In this document: positions 46,630 to 56,781 of the stretch, piece after piece | Layout of the letters: each line of letters starts with the position of its first letter | How positions within the stretch are numbered: the first letter of the stretch is position 1 | NCBI GenBank assembly: GCA_963662285.2 | Contig: CAXXMV010000006.1 | Location: 768,001 to 832,000 of the forward strand | Length of the DNA stretch: 64,000 bases | Direction of reading: 5' to 3' | Source: a bacterium | GTDB taxonomy: Bacteria; Hinthialibacterota; Hinthialibacteria; Hinthialibacterales; Hinthialibacteraceae | Notes under the pieces: generated by a model | What the model was told of the DNA's origin: nothing | Databases searched by the model: none | What the model saw: the letters and a program-made list of their open reading frames with translations, nothing else | Translations under genes and position numbers: made by a program

Positions 46630-47898
46630 ATGAATCATAATTACGATGCTAAATCCCGCTGCTTCCAGTACCGGGAAGGTCGCCTATTTGTTGAAAATGT
46701 AAGCGTGCAGGCGTTGGCCGCCGAATATGGCTCTCCAACTTATGTCTATTCGCAGCAAGACATTCTTGATGCGTTTAATGGATATAAAAATGGTTTGGAT
46801 GGCATCCCCCATTTGATCGCTTTCGCTGTTAAGGCTAATGGCAATCTCGCTATTCTCAAACGCCTGGCACAGGAAGGCGCTGGCGCCGACCTGACGTCGG
46901 GCGGCGAATTAATGCTGTCGCTCAAAGCGGGCATCCCTGCCGGACGCATGATCTATTCGGGCGTAGGCAAGACCGACGACGAAATTAAGCTCGCTCTCGA
47001 CGCTGGCATATTAATGTTCAACGTTGAATCAGAACCGGAATTGCAACGGTTGGCGTATTTAGCCGATCAATCCGGCAAGGTTGCGCCTATCGCTATCCGG
47101 GTAAACCCCAATATCGACGCTAATACTCATCCCAAAATCAGTACTGGCCTGAATAAACATAAGTTCGGCGTACCGGTTGAACCAGCCTATGATTTATATC
47201 AAAAAGCAGCTGGTATGAAATCGCTCAAAGCTGTTGGCATCGCCGCTCATATAGGTTCGTCTTTGATGGATACCAAGCCTTTGCTTGATTCACTGAACCT
47301 GCTGATGGATTTCCGTAGCAACTTGCAGGATAAAGGCATTGAAATTCCCTATCTCGACATGGGCGGCGGATTAGGCATCCAGTATGAAACTGATGCTCCC
47401 GAAACTCCTTTTTCCTATGCGCTTAAACTTAAAGAACGCATCAAAGATGCTGAAATTAGCTTGATTATCGAGCCTGGCCGCTCCATGGTCGGCAACGCAG
47501 GATTGTTGCTCTGCCGCGTTACCTACGTTAAAAAGAATGCTGAGAGAACTTTCGTGATAGTTGATGCGGGGATGAACTCACTCGCCCGGCCTGCCATATA
47601 CGGCGCTTTCCATGATATCGTTCCAGAAAACATTAAAAATGGCGAATCCCATAAGGTCGATGTTGTCGGTCCTATTTGTGAATCCAGCGATGTGTTTGGC
47701 CGTGAAATGCCTTTGCCTGATTGTGAAACCGGAGATATCCTGGCCATCTGTTCCGCTGGCGCCTATGGCTTTTCTATGTCCTCTAATTACAACGGTCAGT
47801 TGAAGCCCGCTGAAGTACTGGTTGATGGAGATAATCATCGTCTGGTGCGGCAGCGCGAGACCTATGATGATTTATTCCGTGGACAGCTAATTGATTAA
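46630..47898 (+). CDS. lysA: Diaminopimelate decarboxylase
   Basis: FAVKAN (PLP Lys), HPKISTG-x-x-x-HKFG, HIGS, EPGRS, GPICESSD and GAYGFSMSSNYN. Confidence 0.96.
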   Translation: MNHNYDAKSRCFQYREGRLFVENVSVQALAAEYGSPTYVYSQQDILDAFNGYKNGLDGIPHLIAFAVKANGNLAILKRLAQEGAGADLTSGGELMLSLKAGIPAGRMIYSGVGKTDDEIKLALDAGILMFNVESEPELQRLAYLADQSGKVAPIAIRVNPNIDANTHPKISTGLNKHKFGVPVEPAYDLYQKAAGMKSLKAVGIAAHIGSSLMDTKPLLDSLNLLMDFRSNLQDKGIEIPYLDMGGGLGIQYETDAPETPFSYALKLKERIKDAEISLIIEPGRSMVGNAGLLLCRVTYVKKNAERTFVIVDAGMNSLARPAIYGAFHDIVPENIKNGESHKVDVVGPICESSDVFGREMPLPDCETGDILAICSAGAYGFSMSSNYNGQLKPAEVLVDGDNHRLVRQRETYDDLFRGQLID

Positions 47899-47916
47899 CT
47901 AATAAAGAGGAAGACA

Positions 47917-48261
47917 ATGCAGAAGATTAATTCTAACGATATTGAGTGGTCCTGGGGTGATTCCGGCGTTAAATACGTCATGCAAGGCCCTAATGTTGAA
48001 TGGGGCGTCTTGAAGATGAAACCGGGGCAATCATCCAAAGATTACGGCAAGCATGTTCATCATCAAGTTGAAGAGACTTTCTATTTCCTAGAGGGAACTC
48101 CCACTTTCGTGGTTAACGGGGAAGAGCACCGGATTAAACCGGGCGATGCATTCCGCATTGAGGCGCATGATTCCCATGATCTTATCAACGATTCTGATCA
48201 AGACCTGGTCGCTATCTTCATCAAATTTCCCTATAATCCAGAAGACAGGCATGAAGATTAA
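47917..48261 (+). CDS. Cupin-domain protein
   Basis: HVHHQVEETFYFLEG...PGDAFRIE...H motif. Confidence 0.85.
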   Translation: MQKINSNDIEWSWGDSGVKYVMQGPNVEWGVLKMKPGQSSKDYGKHVHHQVEETFYFLEGTPTFVVNGEEHRIKPGDAFRIEAHDSHDLINDSDQDLVAIFIKFPYNPEDRHED

Positions 48262-48283
48262 GATTTGATATTAGTGATATTGC

Positions 48284-48319
48284 AATCCCCTTTCGCTTAG
48301 ACATTGGTGAAAGGGGATT
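48284..48319. terminator. Hairpin between convergent genes
   Basis: AATCCCCTTTCGC...GTGAAAGGGGATT. Confidence 0.6.
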
Positions 48320-48338
48320 AATTATAGTAGTTGGTCGT

Positions 48339-48698
48339 TCAACCTAATGGATGCTCTGCAATAACATATTCCTCAACTGGATTGCCCCCTATCAGATGTT
48401 GCTGAATAATCATCTCCAGCACCTCCGAAGTGCAACTGCGATACCAAATTCCCTCTGGATACACTACAGCGATTGGACCGTCGCAGCATATTCTCAGGCA
48501 ATTGGCTTTAGTCCGGAAAACGCCTCCATCTCTGGTGAGTTCCAGTTCGTCGAGCCGTCGCTTCAAATAATTCCATGATTCCAGACCAGCTGCTTTACTG
48601 GAGCAGTTGGTTTTGGTCTGATCGCAGCATAGAAAAATATGTCGCTGGATTTTATTGATTGCAAGAGATTCGATGATTGGCGGCAGTCTTGAATCCAT
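48339..48698 (-). CDS. Thioredoxin-like [2Fe-2S] ferredoxin
   Basis: RHIFLC...C...[10 protein letters not shown][15 protein letters not shown]...HLIGG. Confidence 0.9.
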   Translation of the reverse strand: MDSRLPPIIESLAINKIQRHIFLCCDQTKTNCSSKAAGLESWNYLKRRLDELELTRDGGVFRTKANCLRICCDGPIAVVYPEGIWYRSCTSEVLEMIIQQHLIGGNPVEEYVIAEHPLG

Positions 48699-48786
48699 GA
48701 GGCATCCTTCCTTATTTAAGATTGTTTCGCGTCATCTAAAAAGTGAATATTATCTAGCGGGTTATTTCTTTGAGAGAGTGGTTAAT

Positions 48787-48955
48787 ATCAACCCTCTCCT
48801 AACCTCTCCCAGTCTTGGGAGAGGAATGTTTGACTACAGTATTTTGTATAAATAAGTCAAAAGAATATAACTGGTTATATCTCCAAAACCCCTCTCCACC
48901 AAGCTTGGGGGAGAATTCAAGAGGGGGTTGTTTTCTCAAACTGAAGATATTTCAT
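48787..48955 (+). repeat. Composite family A repeat (copy downstream of cysH)
   Basis: CAACCCTCTCCTAACCTCTCCCAGTCTTGGGAGAGGAATGT...GGGGGAGAATTCAAGAGGGGGTTGTTTTCT, shared with 50002-50205. Confidence 0.85.
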
Positions 48956-49027
48956 TCGGCGTTATTATCATCATATAACTGTTGTTTTTATGATTAATCG
49001 AATCTTTATAGTACAAAACTATTTGGA

Positions 49028-49803
49028 TTATTTCGAGGGCATCTCCTTATCGCTGAAATTTATTCCGCAATATAGTTTGGTCTCTTTACCGGGATTGGCG
49101 TCACGTATATGGCGCCAGCGCCCCATACGTTCATCTTCTCCTATTTTTATAGGAGTTGTGCATGTAGCGCAGCTATGCTGGGATAGCCCATATAATGCAG
49201 CGGATGTACCAATACCTTGTTGTCTTTTATATATTCTTCCACTCTATCACGATTCCAATTGGCCAGGGGATGAATTTTATATACTCCGATACGTTTATCT
49301 TCAGAAACAATGCCTATATTCTTCCGCGTCCCTCCTTCTGACCTCATTAAACCAGAAAGCATGGCATGAAATGGTTTCGCCGCCCGCAAATAAGGCTCTT
49401 CTTTACGCAATTTGCAGCAAAGCTGATAGTCGCCATCTTTCTTGAATAACTTACGACCGTATTCCTGTTCTTGAACTTTGGGAGTCTTTTCGGGCAGATA
49501 AGTTATGATATTCACTCCATATTCAGCATTCATCTGGTCGCGTAACTGGAGCGTCTCAGGGAAATGATATCCGGTATCGATGAATATTATCTCGGTCTCT
49601 TTTAATCCGGCCATATAGAGCAGATGAGTTAAAACAGACGCCGTCTTCTGCATACTTGACAACATGGCCAGTTTAGAAGCAAATGTTTCAAAGCCCCAGC
49701 GGATAATTTCTTGAGGACTCTTATTTTCAAGTTCCTCATTTACCGCTTCAAGATCAATGATCTGTTTTTCCTGCTGGATATGATGTGGAGAATGTGTATT
49801 CAT
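49028..49803 (-). pseudogene. cysH: APS/PAPS reductase with a single-base frameshift
   Basis: IDTGYHFPET, LCCKLRK, HPLANW and GYPSI. Adding one G near 49173 gives SIGCATCTTP...EDERMGRW...KLYCGI, ending at the TAA at 49028. Confidence 0.85.
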
Positions 49804-50001
49804 GATCTTTATCCCTTAAAATTAGATATTTCTTGAGCAGATTATCCTTGCTATATACATGAGTAAGTTTATCTATCTAGTAATGTATATATGTATTGTA
49901 GATATTAGGAATTAATTATCAAATAAAATTTGATAATTAACTTGGGGATTTATAGTGGAGTTAGGACTATTCTGTTTATTTCTTTGTGGGAGTTGTTAAA
50001 T

Positions 50002-50205
50002 TCAACCCTCTCCTAACCTCTCCCAGTCTTGGGAGAGGAATGTATGACTATAGTATTTGATATTACTAAGTCAAATTAATATAACTGTTTATATATCAAA
50101 ATCCCTCTCCCCCAAGTTTGGGGGAGAATTCAAGAGGGGGTTGTTTTCTATAAACTAGAGATTTTCCAATTGACTTTAGAATGATAATCTAACTGCTGTT
50201 ATTAG
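50002..50205 (+). repeat. Composite family A repeat (copy upstream of cysH)
   Basis: Direct repeat of 48787-48955 and inverted copy of 30030-30237. Confidence 0.85.
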
Positions 50206-50227
50206 AGTAACATCAATCAACTTATTG

Positions 50228-51916
50228 TTACTTGTTATCTATTAGCATATTCCTGAAATACAGATGTTCGTCGCCAGTCGACCAGCTTTTGGTGCAGATG
50301 TCGATATCTCCGTCACCGTCGACATCGGCGCCCACTGCTTCATGACAAGGCTTTTCGGTAATGAAGTGTTCGATCCATTGCTGGCTGGTGGGGCATTTAC
50401 CCGCTCCGGCAGTGTTTTCCCAGATATAGCAGTTCTTCTTGTCTGATGTGGATAGTGGACCTCCCCCGGAAAAGACATCCATGTCGCCGTCGTTGTCGAA
50501 ATCGGCCACTACCAGTGAATGGAAATCCTGCCCATCGCCTTTGTCTTTGATGATATGGCGCGTCCAGTCGCCTGAGCCGTCGTTTTCGAACCATGCCACT
50601 CGCGAGTCGGGGTTATCGGCTTCGGCCTGCACGAAATCGTTATCGCCGTCGCTGTCCATATCGAGTATCCAGGTGCGTACAGCGAGGCCGTATTTGTGAT
50701 GTTCGCCGAAATCTATGTTAATGTGCGCTTCCCACTTCAGCCCTTTACCATCGATGTTTTCATACCATGCCTGACCAGTGACAACGTCGTTGTCTCCGTC
50801 ACCATCAATATCACCCACCGCGTTGGGTGATACGCCGCCGTGGATCTTGTGCTGTTTGATAGTGGCGATGGCATGCGATTTCCAAATATGGGTGGGGTCT
50901 TCGGGAATCTCATACCAAAAAAGACCAGCCTTGTCGGAATTGGCGATAGCATCCATTTTGCCGTCGCCGTTGATATCACAGAATTCCGAATCGTGCGAAT
51001 TAATGGCGCCAATTTCGTGTACTTCAAACGGTTCGTCTTTGGGATTACCGGTGTTTAGCAGAATCTTGCTTCCGGAAAGCATGTCGATCCAGCCGTCGCC
51101 GTTTAGGTCATAGACATCACCGCCGACATCGCTGTCGCCCATACCCATATAGTGTTGCACCCACTTATCTGGACTCTGGTATTCCCACCACCAGATTTTG
51201 TAGCCTGCATGATGTGCTTGACCGGTTACCCAATCGAGATCGCCGTCTTTATCAATATCGACGAGAGAAGTCTGTCCCATCCGAATGCCTTGGTGGTCTA
51301 TGGTGTGAATATCGAATCGGGGAAAGCGTTCTTTCATCTCAGGGTAGCCCTTGAAGGTTCCACCCTTGGAGACCAGCACGATTTGTATGTGTACTTCCAT
51401 AGGGAAGCAGGCGGCGAGGATTTCCGGTGTGAGCCAATCGCCATGGTTCCAGCGGTCGTCAATCTGGCGTGATGGATAGGTAACCTTATCCCAAAGCACT
51501 ACCATGAGGCGGTTAATGGGTTGGGTGTAATTGACGTGGTGATTGTCGGGCTTCCACCATTCGTCGAGCGGTTGGTTCCATTGGTAGGTTTTGGCGGTGG
51601 TAAGATCGAAATGGTCGGAGAAATGTTCTCCGAAGGGGTGTTCGCCCTGTTGGAAGCCGAAATTGTATTTGACCAGGTCAGTGGTTGGTTTGTTCTTGAT
51701 GCGTAGGCGGAAATAAGCCGTTCCGTGGGCGTAATCGATTGGTTCGACTAGATTAGAGGGCATATCTGCATAGGGTTCGAAGATGCAGAAGCCCATCTTT
51801 TTGTCTATTCCTCCCTTGTCGGTATGAATAAAATTCTCATCCAACACGGTGATTTGTCCGGCTTGGATCGAGCTAGCGGCGCATAGGATTGTTAATAAAA
51901 GCAATAAGTTTTTCAT
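50228..51916 (-). CDS. Secreted FG-GAP/VCBS-repeat protein
   Basis: Signal peptide; seven DxDxDGDxD-type repeats in the C-terminal two thirds. Confidence 0.82.
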   Translation of the reverse strand: MKNLLLLLTILCAASSIQAGQITVLDENFIHTDKGGIDKKMGFCIFEPYADMPSNLVEPIDYAHGTAYFRLRIKNKPTTDLVKYNFGFQQGEHPFGEHFSDHFDLTTAKTYQWNQPLDEWWKPDNHHVNYTQPINRLMVVLWDKVTYPSRQIDDRWNHGDWLTPEILAACFPMEVHIQIVLVSKGGTFKGYPEMKERFPRFDIHTIDHQGIRMGQTSLVDIDKDGDLDWVTGQAHHAGYKIWWWEYQSPDKWVQHYMGMGDSDVGGDVYDLNGDGWIDMLSGSKILLNTGNPKDEPFEVHEIGAINSHDSEFCDINGDGKMDAIANSDKAGLFWYEIPEDPTHIWKSHAIATIKQHKIHGGVSPNAVGDIDGDGDNDVVTGQAWYENIDGKGLKWEAHINIDFGEHHKYGLAVRTWILDMDSDGDNDFVQAEADNPDSRVAWFENDGSGDWTRHIIKDKGDGQDFHSLVVADFDNDGDMDVFSGGGPLSTSDKKNCYIWENTAGAGKCPTSQQWIEHFITEKPCHEAVGADVDGDGDIDICTKSWSTGDEHLYFRNMLIDNK

Positions 51917-52021
51917 GAGCTATAGTTTCCAAAAAAATGAGTTTAATAACTCATTTAGGTCAATAACGGTAAATCAGCTAATCACTACAATACTATTTTG
52001 ATAATAGCTCAAGAAAACTAA

Positions 52022-52228
52022 TTAATCGTCGTTATTTTTCCGTAATAGGGTAACGGCGATAGATAACAAAAGGGCTGAGTTGGCGAAGTTTAAGAAACTT
52101 TGTGGTTTGATAGGAAACTGTTGACTGATGCCCATGGCTGACAAGTCGACTCCAACTAGTTTAACCGCAATGCCTGCGAGTATGGCGAGTGTTGCTAATA
52201 GAATTAGTAATTTAGGACATAAATTCAT
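52022..52228 (-). CDS. Small two-TM membrane protein
   Basis: GGAGG RBS; two hydrophobic segments. Confidence 0.65.
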   Translation of the reverse strand: MNLCPKLLILLATLAILAGIAVKLVGVDLSAMGISQQFPIKPQSFLNFANSALLLSIAVTLLRKNNDD

Positions 52229-52335
52229 CGTTCAAACCTCCATATAAACCAAAGAAAAAGAATAAGTTGTTTTGAAAAGTCTAATAAATAACTGGCTCTA
52301 TGTAAAGAAGATGCTTGAAAAAAAGAAAAGAGAAC

Positions 52336-52366
52336 AAAAAAAATCCGCTCATACGAGCGGTTTTTG
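52336..52366 (-). terminator. Intrinsic terminator
   Basis: Minus strand CCGCTC-gtat-GAGCGG followed by A-T8. Confidence 0.75.
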
Positions 52367-52535
52367 ACGTATTACGACGCTTTTACCTCCCCAACTGCTA
52401 GACAAAAGTCCCCATAACTACCGTTTTCCTATTTGTTTTCAAGGACATGTTTTCCTTGAGTCTCAGATACGTTCCCTATTTCCTACCTCTTTGAACGTCG
52501 TAATAGCGCAAATTAATCAAAATAAACATCTTATT
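52336..52535 (-). ncRNA. Candidate GGA-rich sRNA or leader RNA
   Basis: TGCTATAAC extended -10 near 52540-52548; closing stem TATTACGACG/CGTCGTAATA; inner hairpin TCAAGGA/TCCTTGA; terminator at the 3' end; no ORF. Confidence 0.45.
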
Positions 52536-52765
52536 TTTACGTTATAGCAAATATTAACTCCGATTTAAAGACCAATATCACCTTTTTGTAAGAATTATGT
52601 ATTTTTTTTAATTAGAATATCTAAGATGAAACGGGAAAAAGCCAAAAATTGTTTTCATTATTTGATTCAATGTTTCGAGCAATCGCCCTGAAGATAAAAT
52701 AAAGATATAATCAAGAAAAAATACTATAGTAAAAAAATCCTTAAAACGAATAGAAAGAATATATT

Positions 52766-54304
52766 ATGCGGCATGACAACATTCTTATCCTGGATTTCGG
52801 GTCACAATACAGCCATCTTATCGCCAGACGCATCCGTGAACTGGGGGTATATTGTGAACTGCACGCTTGCACCAGCGCCAAAGAGGCTATTGCAGAGTTG
52901 TCTCCCAAAGGGATTATCTTATCCGGCGGGCCTTATTCGGTTTATGAGAAAGACGCTCCTCATGCCAGCGACGATATTTGGACTGTCGGCTTGCCAGTGC
53001 TCGGAATCTGCTATGGTCTGCAAGAGATGGCTCTGCATCATGGCGGCAAGGTTGCTCAGGGCGAGCACCGGGAATATGGACATGCCGAATTAATCATTGA
53101 TCAATCTTCTGGGCTGTTTGACGGATTGCCTGAATCAACCAAGGTCTGGATGAGTCATGGCGATAAAGTTCATGAAATACCAGCTGGTTTTTGCGATATC
53201 GCTCATACTAATAATTCCGAACACGCCGCATTTGCGAATGTTGAACGGCAACTATACGGCATACAGTTTCATCCTGAAGTAAGCCACACGCCACTGGGAA
53301 AGACCATCCTGCAAAATTTCGTACAAGGGATTTGCCATTGTAAAGCGGATTGGTCGATGGGATCATTCGTCGACGAAGCCATCCAGCGCATCCGCCAGCA
53401 AGTAGGTGATGGCATTGTTATCGGCGCTATCAGCGGTGGAGTTGATTCATCCGTGGCCGCTGTGTTGATGCACCAGGCCATTGGCGACCGTTTCCAAGGC
53501 TTCCTGGTAGATAATGGCGTATTGCGCCACAACGAAGCCGAACAGGTGATGAATCGACTTAAAGACCATCTGGGCATTAACTTAACTCTGATTGACGCCA
53601 GCCGATTGTTCCTGGATAGACTTAAAGGCGTAACTGAACCTGAAGCCAAGCGCAAAATAATTGGAAATACCTTCATTAATATTTTTGAAGCGGAAGCCAG
53701 CAGGATCCAAGGCGCCGATTTTTTACTGCAAGGTACGCTCTATCCGGATGTTATCGAATCAGTTTCATTCAAAGGTCCATCGGCGACTATTAAAACGCAC
53801 CACAATGTCGGCGGTTTGCTGGAGAATATGAAACTGGAATTGATCGAACCCCTGCGCGAATTATTCAAAGACGAAGTCAGGGCCTTGGGTCTTGAATTGG
53901 GTTTGGATGAAGAGAGCGTTTACCGTCAGCCTTTCCCCGGTCCTGGATTGGCCATACGCATACTGGGCGATATCACCGAAGAACGTTTGGATATGCTGCG
54001 TCAGGCGGACGTTATATATATTGAGGAAATCAAGAAAGCTGGTCTCTACCGGGATATCGGGCAGGCTTTCGCGGTGCTGCTTCCCATTAAATCTGTTGGA
54101 GTTATGGGCGACAGCCGCACCTATGAGCAGGTTATCGCCCTTCGCGCCGTACAAACCACCGATTACATGACCGCCGATTGGTTCCCCATGCCGGATGAAG
54201 TTCTGCGCATTACCGCCAACCGCATTATTAACGAAGTGCATGGAATAAACCGGGTGGTCTATGATATTTCATCAAAACCGCCCAGCACTATTGAATGGGA
54301 ATAG
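52766..54304 (+). CDS. guaA: GMP synthase (glutamine-hydrolysing)
   Basis: [40 protein letters not shown] and KPPSTIEWE. Confidence 0.98.
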   Translation: MRHDNILILDFGSQYSHLIARRIRELGVYCELHACTSAKEAIAELSPKGIILSGGPYSVYEKDAPHASDDIWTVGLPVLGICYGLQEMALHHGGKVAQGEHREYGHAELIIDQSSGLFDGLPESTKVWMSHGDKVHEIPAGFCDIAHTNNSEHAAFANVERQLYGIQFHPEVSHTPLGKTILQNFVQGICHCKADWSMGSFVDEAIQRIRQQVGDGIVIGAISGGVDSSVAAVLMHQAIGDRFQGFLVDNGVLRHNEAEQVMNRLKDHLGINLTLIDASRLFLDRLKGVTEPEAKRKIIGNTFINIFEAEASRIQGADFLLQGTLYPDVIESVSFKGPSATIKTHHNVGGLLENMKLELIEPLRELFKDEVRALGLELGLDEESVYRQPFPGPGLAIRILGDITEERLDMLRQADVIYIEEIKKAGLYRDIGQAFAVLLPIKSVGVMGDSRTYEQVIALRAVQTTDYMTADWFPMPDEVLRITANRIINEVHGINRVVYDISSKPPSTIEWE

Positions 54305-54307
54305 GAT

Positions 54308-54532
54308 TTAATTGCATTTGATCTCAACAGACGTAGACGCATCTGTCGAGAAGGCTATGCCGATGGCCTTTTCTATATCTTGTATGGCTGCATCATCAAT
54401 GTATTTCTCACCACAATCCCGGCATACAAACACAGGCGCGTGGTTGACATGAAGTTTTTTGCCGTCTTTTTCGATGGTTAAAGAGGCGGCTTTTAATTCA
54501 ATGTGGCCTTGTTGGCAGAAGCGGCATTTCAT
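54308..54532 (-). CDS. YgiT/MqsA-type zinc-finger protein
   Basis: MKCRFC...P-x-x-VCRDCGE-x-Y. Confidence 0.75.
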   Translation of the reverse strand: MKCRFCQQGHIELKAASLTIEKDGKKLHVNHAPVFVCRDCGEKYIDDAAIQDIEKAIGIAFSTDASTSVEIKCN

Positions 54533-54601
54533 TTTTTATATGTTGTTCCTTGTTTAGTTTAATCAGTGGTTTATGGTTAATTGTTAATATTAAGTGATAG
54601 T

Positions 54602-54824
54602 ATCAAGGACTGACCGCATTGCGATCGGGTGGCAAGGGCAGTGTATTTTCTGCCCTTGATTGAGTTCACCTCATTTATTTCCATAGTTTTTATCAACAAT
54701 CCACGTTGAAGGTAGAATCAAATTCAATTTTTTGTGCTTGTAATTGGATTATATAGAATCAAGATTTATTTTGTTTTTCCGAGGTTACCAGTCAAGGGCA
54801 GAAAGGACACTGCCCTTGGCACCC
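54602..54824. repeat. Family B variants (inverted pair)
   Basis: GGGTGGCAAGGGCAGTGTATTTTCTGCCCTTGA (54627-54659) and TCAAGGGCAGAAAGGACACTGCCCTTGGCACCC (54792-54824). Confidence 0.7.
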
Positions 54825-54838
54825 ATGTTCTTCTTTAT

Positions 54839-55771
54839 TCAGTCTAATTTATCATCGATAATTGATCCATACATAGATGGTCGGCGGTTTTCGAAGCGGT
54901 CTTTGATTTTTTCGGGATCAGTGTTTACCGTATAATAAACTGTCTCGTCTTTTCCACCCATGACCTCAATCTTACCATGTCTTGTAATCAATAGGCTTTG
55001 CTGGGGGTGGCAGAATACCAGGGCGCATCGATTTTCGTATGCGCGGGTTCGCATCATGGCCGTATTCCAGCCGTCGCCCTCATCAAAACTGCCATAAGAT
55101 GGAACCAGCAGAATCTGCGCTCCTTTGAGGGCAAGTATGCGGGCATTCTCCGGCAGTTGCCTGTCATAGCAGATCATGATGCCAATCTTACCGAATGGGG
55201 TGTCAAAAACCGGATATTCATTTCCTGGTTGATAAAAAGTGGGAATCTCTTGATAGCCCTGTGCGAAATGAGTTTTGCTATAACGCCCGATGATATCCCC
55301 GTCGGGATCAATCAGAATGACTGAGTTATATAATCTATCCTCGCGCCGTTCCAGAAATCCTAATGTAAAGAAGATGTCCAGTTCATCGGCCAGACTACAT
55401 GCTTTTTTTATATATGGTCCATCGATTGGCTCGCTTAATTCAATAAATTGCTTTATTAATTCGGATTTTTTATCAGAATCCTTTTCCCGGTTCACATTAT
55501 TGATCACATATCCGTCAAGAACTCCTTCGGGAGTAACTACCAGTTGGGGCTTATTTTGACTAAGGGCTTGCCTGACCATAGTCTCAATTTTCGTCCAATT
55601 GGCTGGTTTATCCCATTTTTCAGGATAGATGGAAAGGCTGGCAATATGCATTTCCAGATGTTTTTGAGGCGAATCCTGGTATTTCCCCAATCGCATTGAT
55701 TGCGCATGAGAGGTTGACAGAACGGACATTATGAGGATGAATACTCCAGTAGTTAGTAACAATCTGCGCAT
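54839..55771 (-). CDS. Secreted carbon-nitrogen hydrolase (nitrilase superfamily)
   Basis: Signal peptide; TPE, YSKTH and ICYDRQLPE catalytic triad motifs. Confidence 0.88.
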   Translation of the reverse strand: MRRLLLTTGVFILIMSVLSTSHAQSMRLGKYQDSPQKHLEMHIASLSIYPEKWDKPANWTKIETMVRQALSQNKPQLVVTPEGVLDGYVINNVNREKDSDKKSELIKQFIELSEPIDGPYIKKACSLADELDIFFTLGFLERREDRLYNSVILIDPDGDIIGRYSKTHFAQGYQEIPTFYQPGNEYPVFDTPFGKIGIMICYDRQLPENARILALKGAQILLVPSYGSFDEGDGWNTAMMRTRAYENRCALVFCHPQQSLLITRHGKIEVMGGKDETVYYTVNTDPEKIKDRFENRRPSMYGSIIDDKLD

Positions 55772-55905
55772 AATTGGCTCCCGGATTCAGCAATGGTGTT
55801 TACATTTTGCAACCCGCCTGGGATAAATAAAAGCGGGTCGTGGATTAAGAATAAAATTGATCCCAACACTCTTTACTTATTGAAGATATTGTAATTAATA
55901 CTGCT

Positions 55906-56781
55906 ATGGATGAAACCCCGGCACGGCTTCCCGTTGATATTCCCGGCTTTAGCGGCCCTCTTGAATTGCTGGTTCATTTAATCAGCAAGAAAGAGATGGA
56001 TATTTTTTCCGTTTCCCTGACGGATTTAACCGATGATTTTATTAAATCAATCGATGCTCCCGAAAACAGGGACCTTGATATTGCAGGTGAATACCTGGTT
56101 TTGGCAGCTACTTTGATTCGATTTAAGGCCAGAGCGTTGTTGCCTAAAGAAGAGATTACTCCTGATGAAGAAGAGATTGAAGATCAGGTGTTGGAAGAAC
56201 GCCGTAAGGAATATGACCGTTTCCGTGAATTGGCTGGAATGCTGCGCCATCGTGAAGAAGAAAACGCCGCCCTGTTCTCCCGGTCCGGTCCCTCTCCTGA
56301 AGGTAAAGGTCAGGTTGTAGAATATACTGAAGTCAGCGTTTATGATCTTTATAAAACTTTCCAGCAGATCATTGAAGAGATTGGCGAGCGCGAAAAACGC
56401 TTTATTACGGGAGAATCTTTCTCAGTCGATGAAAAAATGATGGAAATCGAATCGCTGCTTGAACATAACGATATTCTTGTTCTAAGCGATTATTTAAGAA
56501 CGCTGGAATCGAAATTAGAAATAATTGTGGTTTTTCTGGCTTTACTGGAGCTTATTCGCCTTTGCGAAGTACGCGCAGTTCAAAAGTTAAACCACCATGA
56601 AATCGTTCTTGAAAAAGGCGAAAAATTAGTTACTCCTCATTCTGAGGATGAAGATAATGACGATGACGATGTTGATGAGAACAACGACGAGATTGACGAC
56701 GGTTCACATCAAGTAAAACCAGAAGAAACAACATCCGAAGAAACTGAATCTTCGGATTCTATGGATAGCGATCATGGATAA
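55906..56781 (+). CDS. scpA: Segregation and condensation protein A (kleisin)
   Basis: FSGPLELLVHLI, EYLVLAATLI-x-x-KARALLP and FLALLELIR; acidic tail. Confidence 0.94.
   Translation: MDETPARLPVDIPGFSGPLELLVHLISKKEMDIFSVSLTDLTDDFIKSIDAPENRDLDIAGEYLVLAATLIRFKARALLPKEEITPDEEEIEDQVLEERRKEYDRFRELAGMLRHREEENAALFSRSGPSPEGKGQVVEYTEVSVYDLYKTFQQIIEEIGEREKRFITGESFSVDEKMMEIESLLEHNDILVLSDYLRTLESKLEIIVVFLALLELIRLCEVRAVQKLNHHEIVLEKGEKLVTPHSEDEDNDDDDVDENNDEIDDGSHQVKPEETTSEETESSDSMDSDHG

Noticed and set aside
48990-49445. 151-aa + strand ORF
   Set aside because: Antisense shadow of the frameshifted cysH.
52336-52760. Purine riboswitch upstream of guaA
   Set aside because: No purine-aptamer consensus seen; the structured element and terminator are oriented away from guaA.
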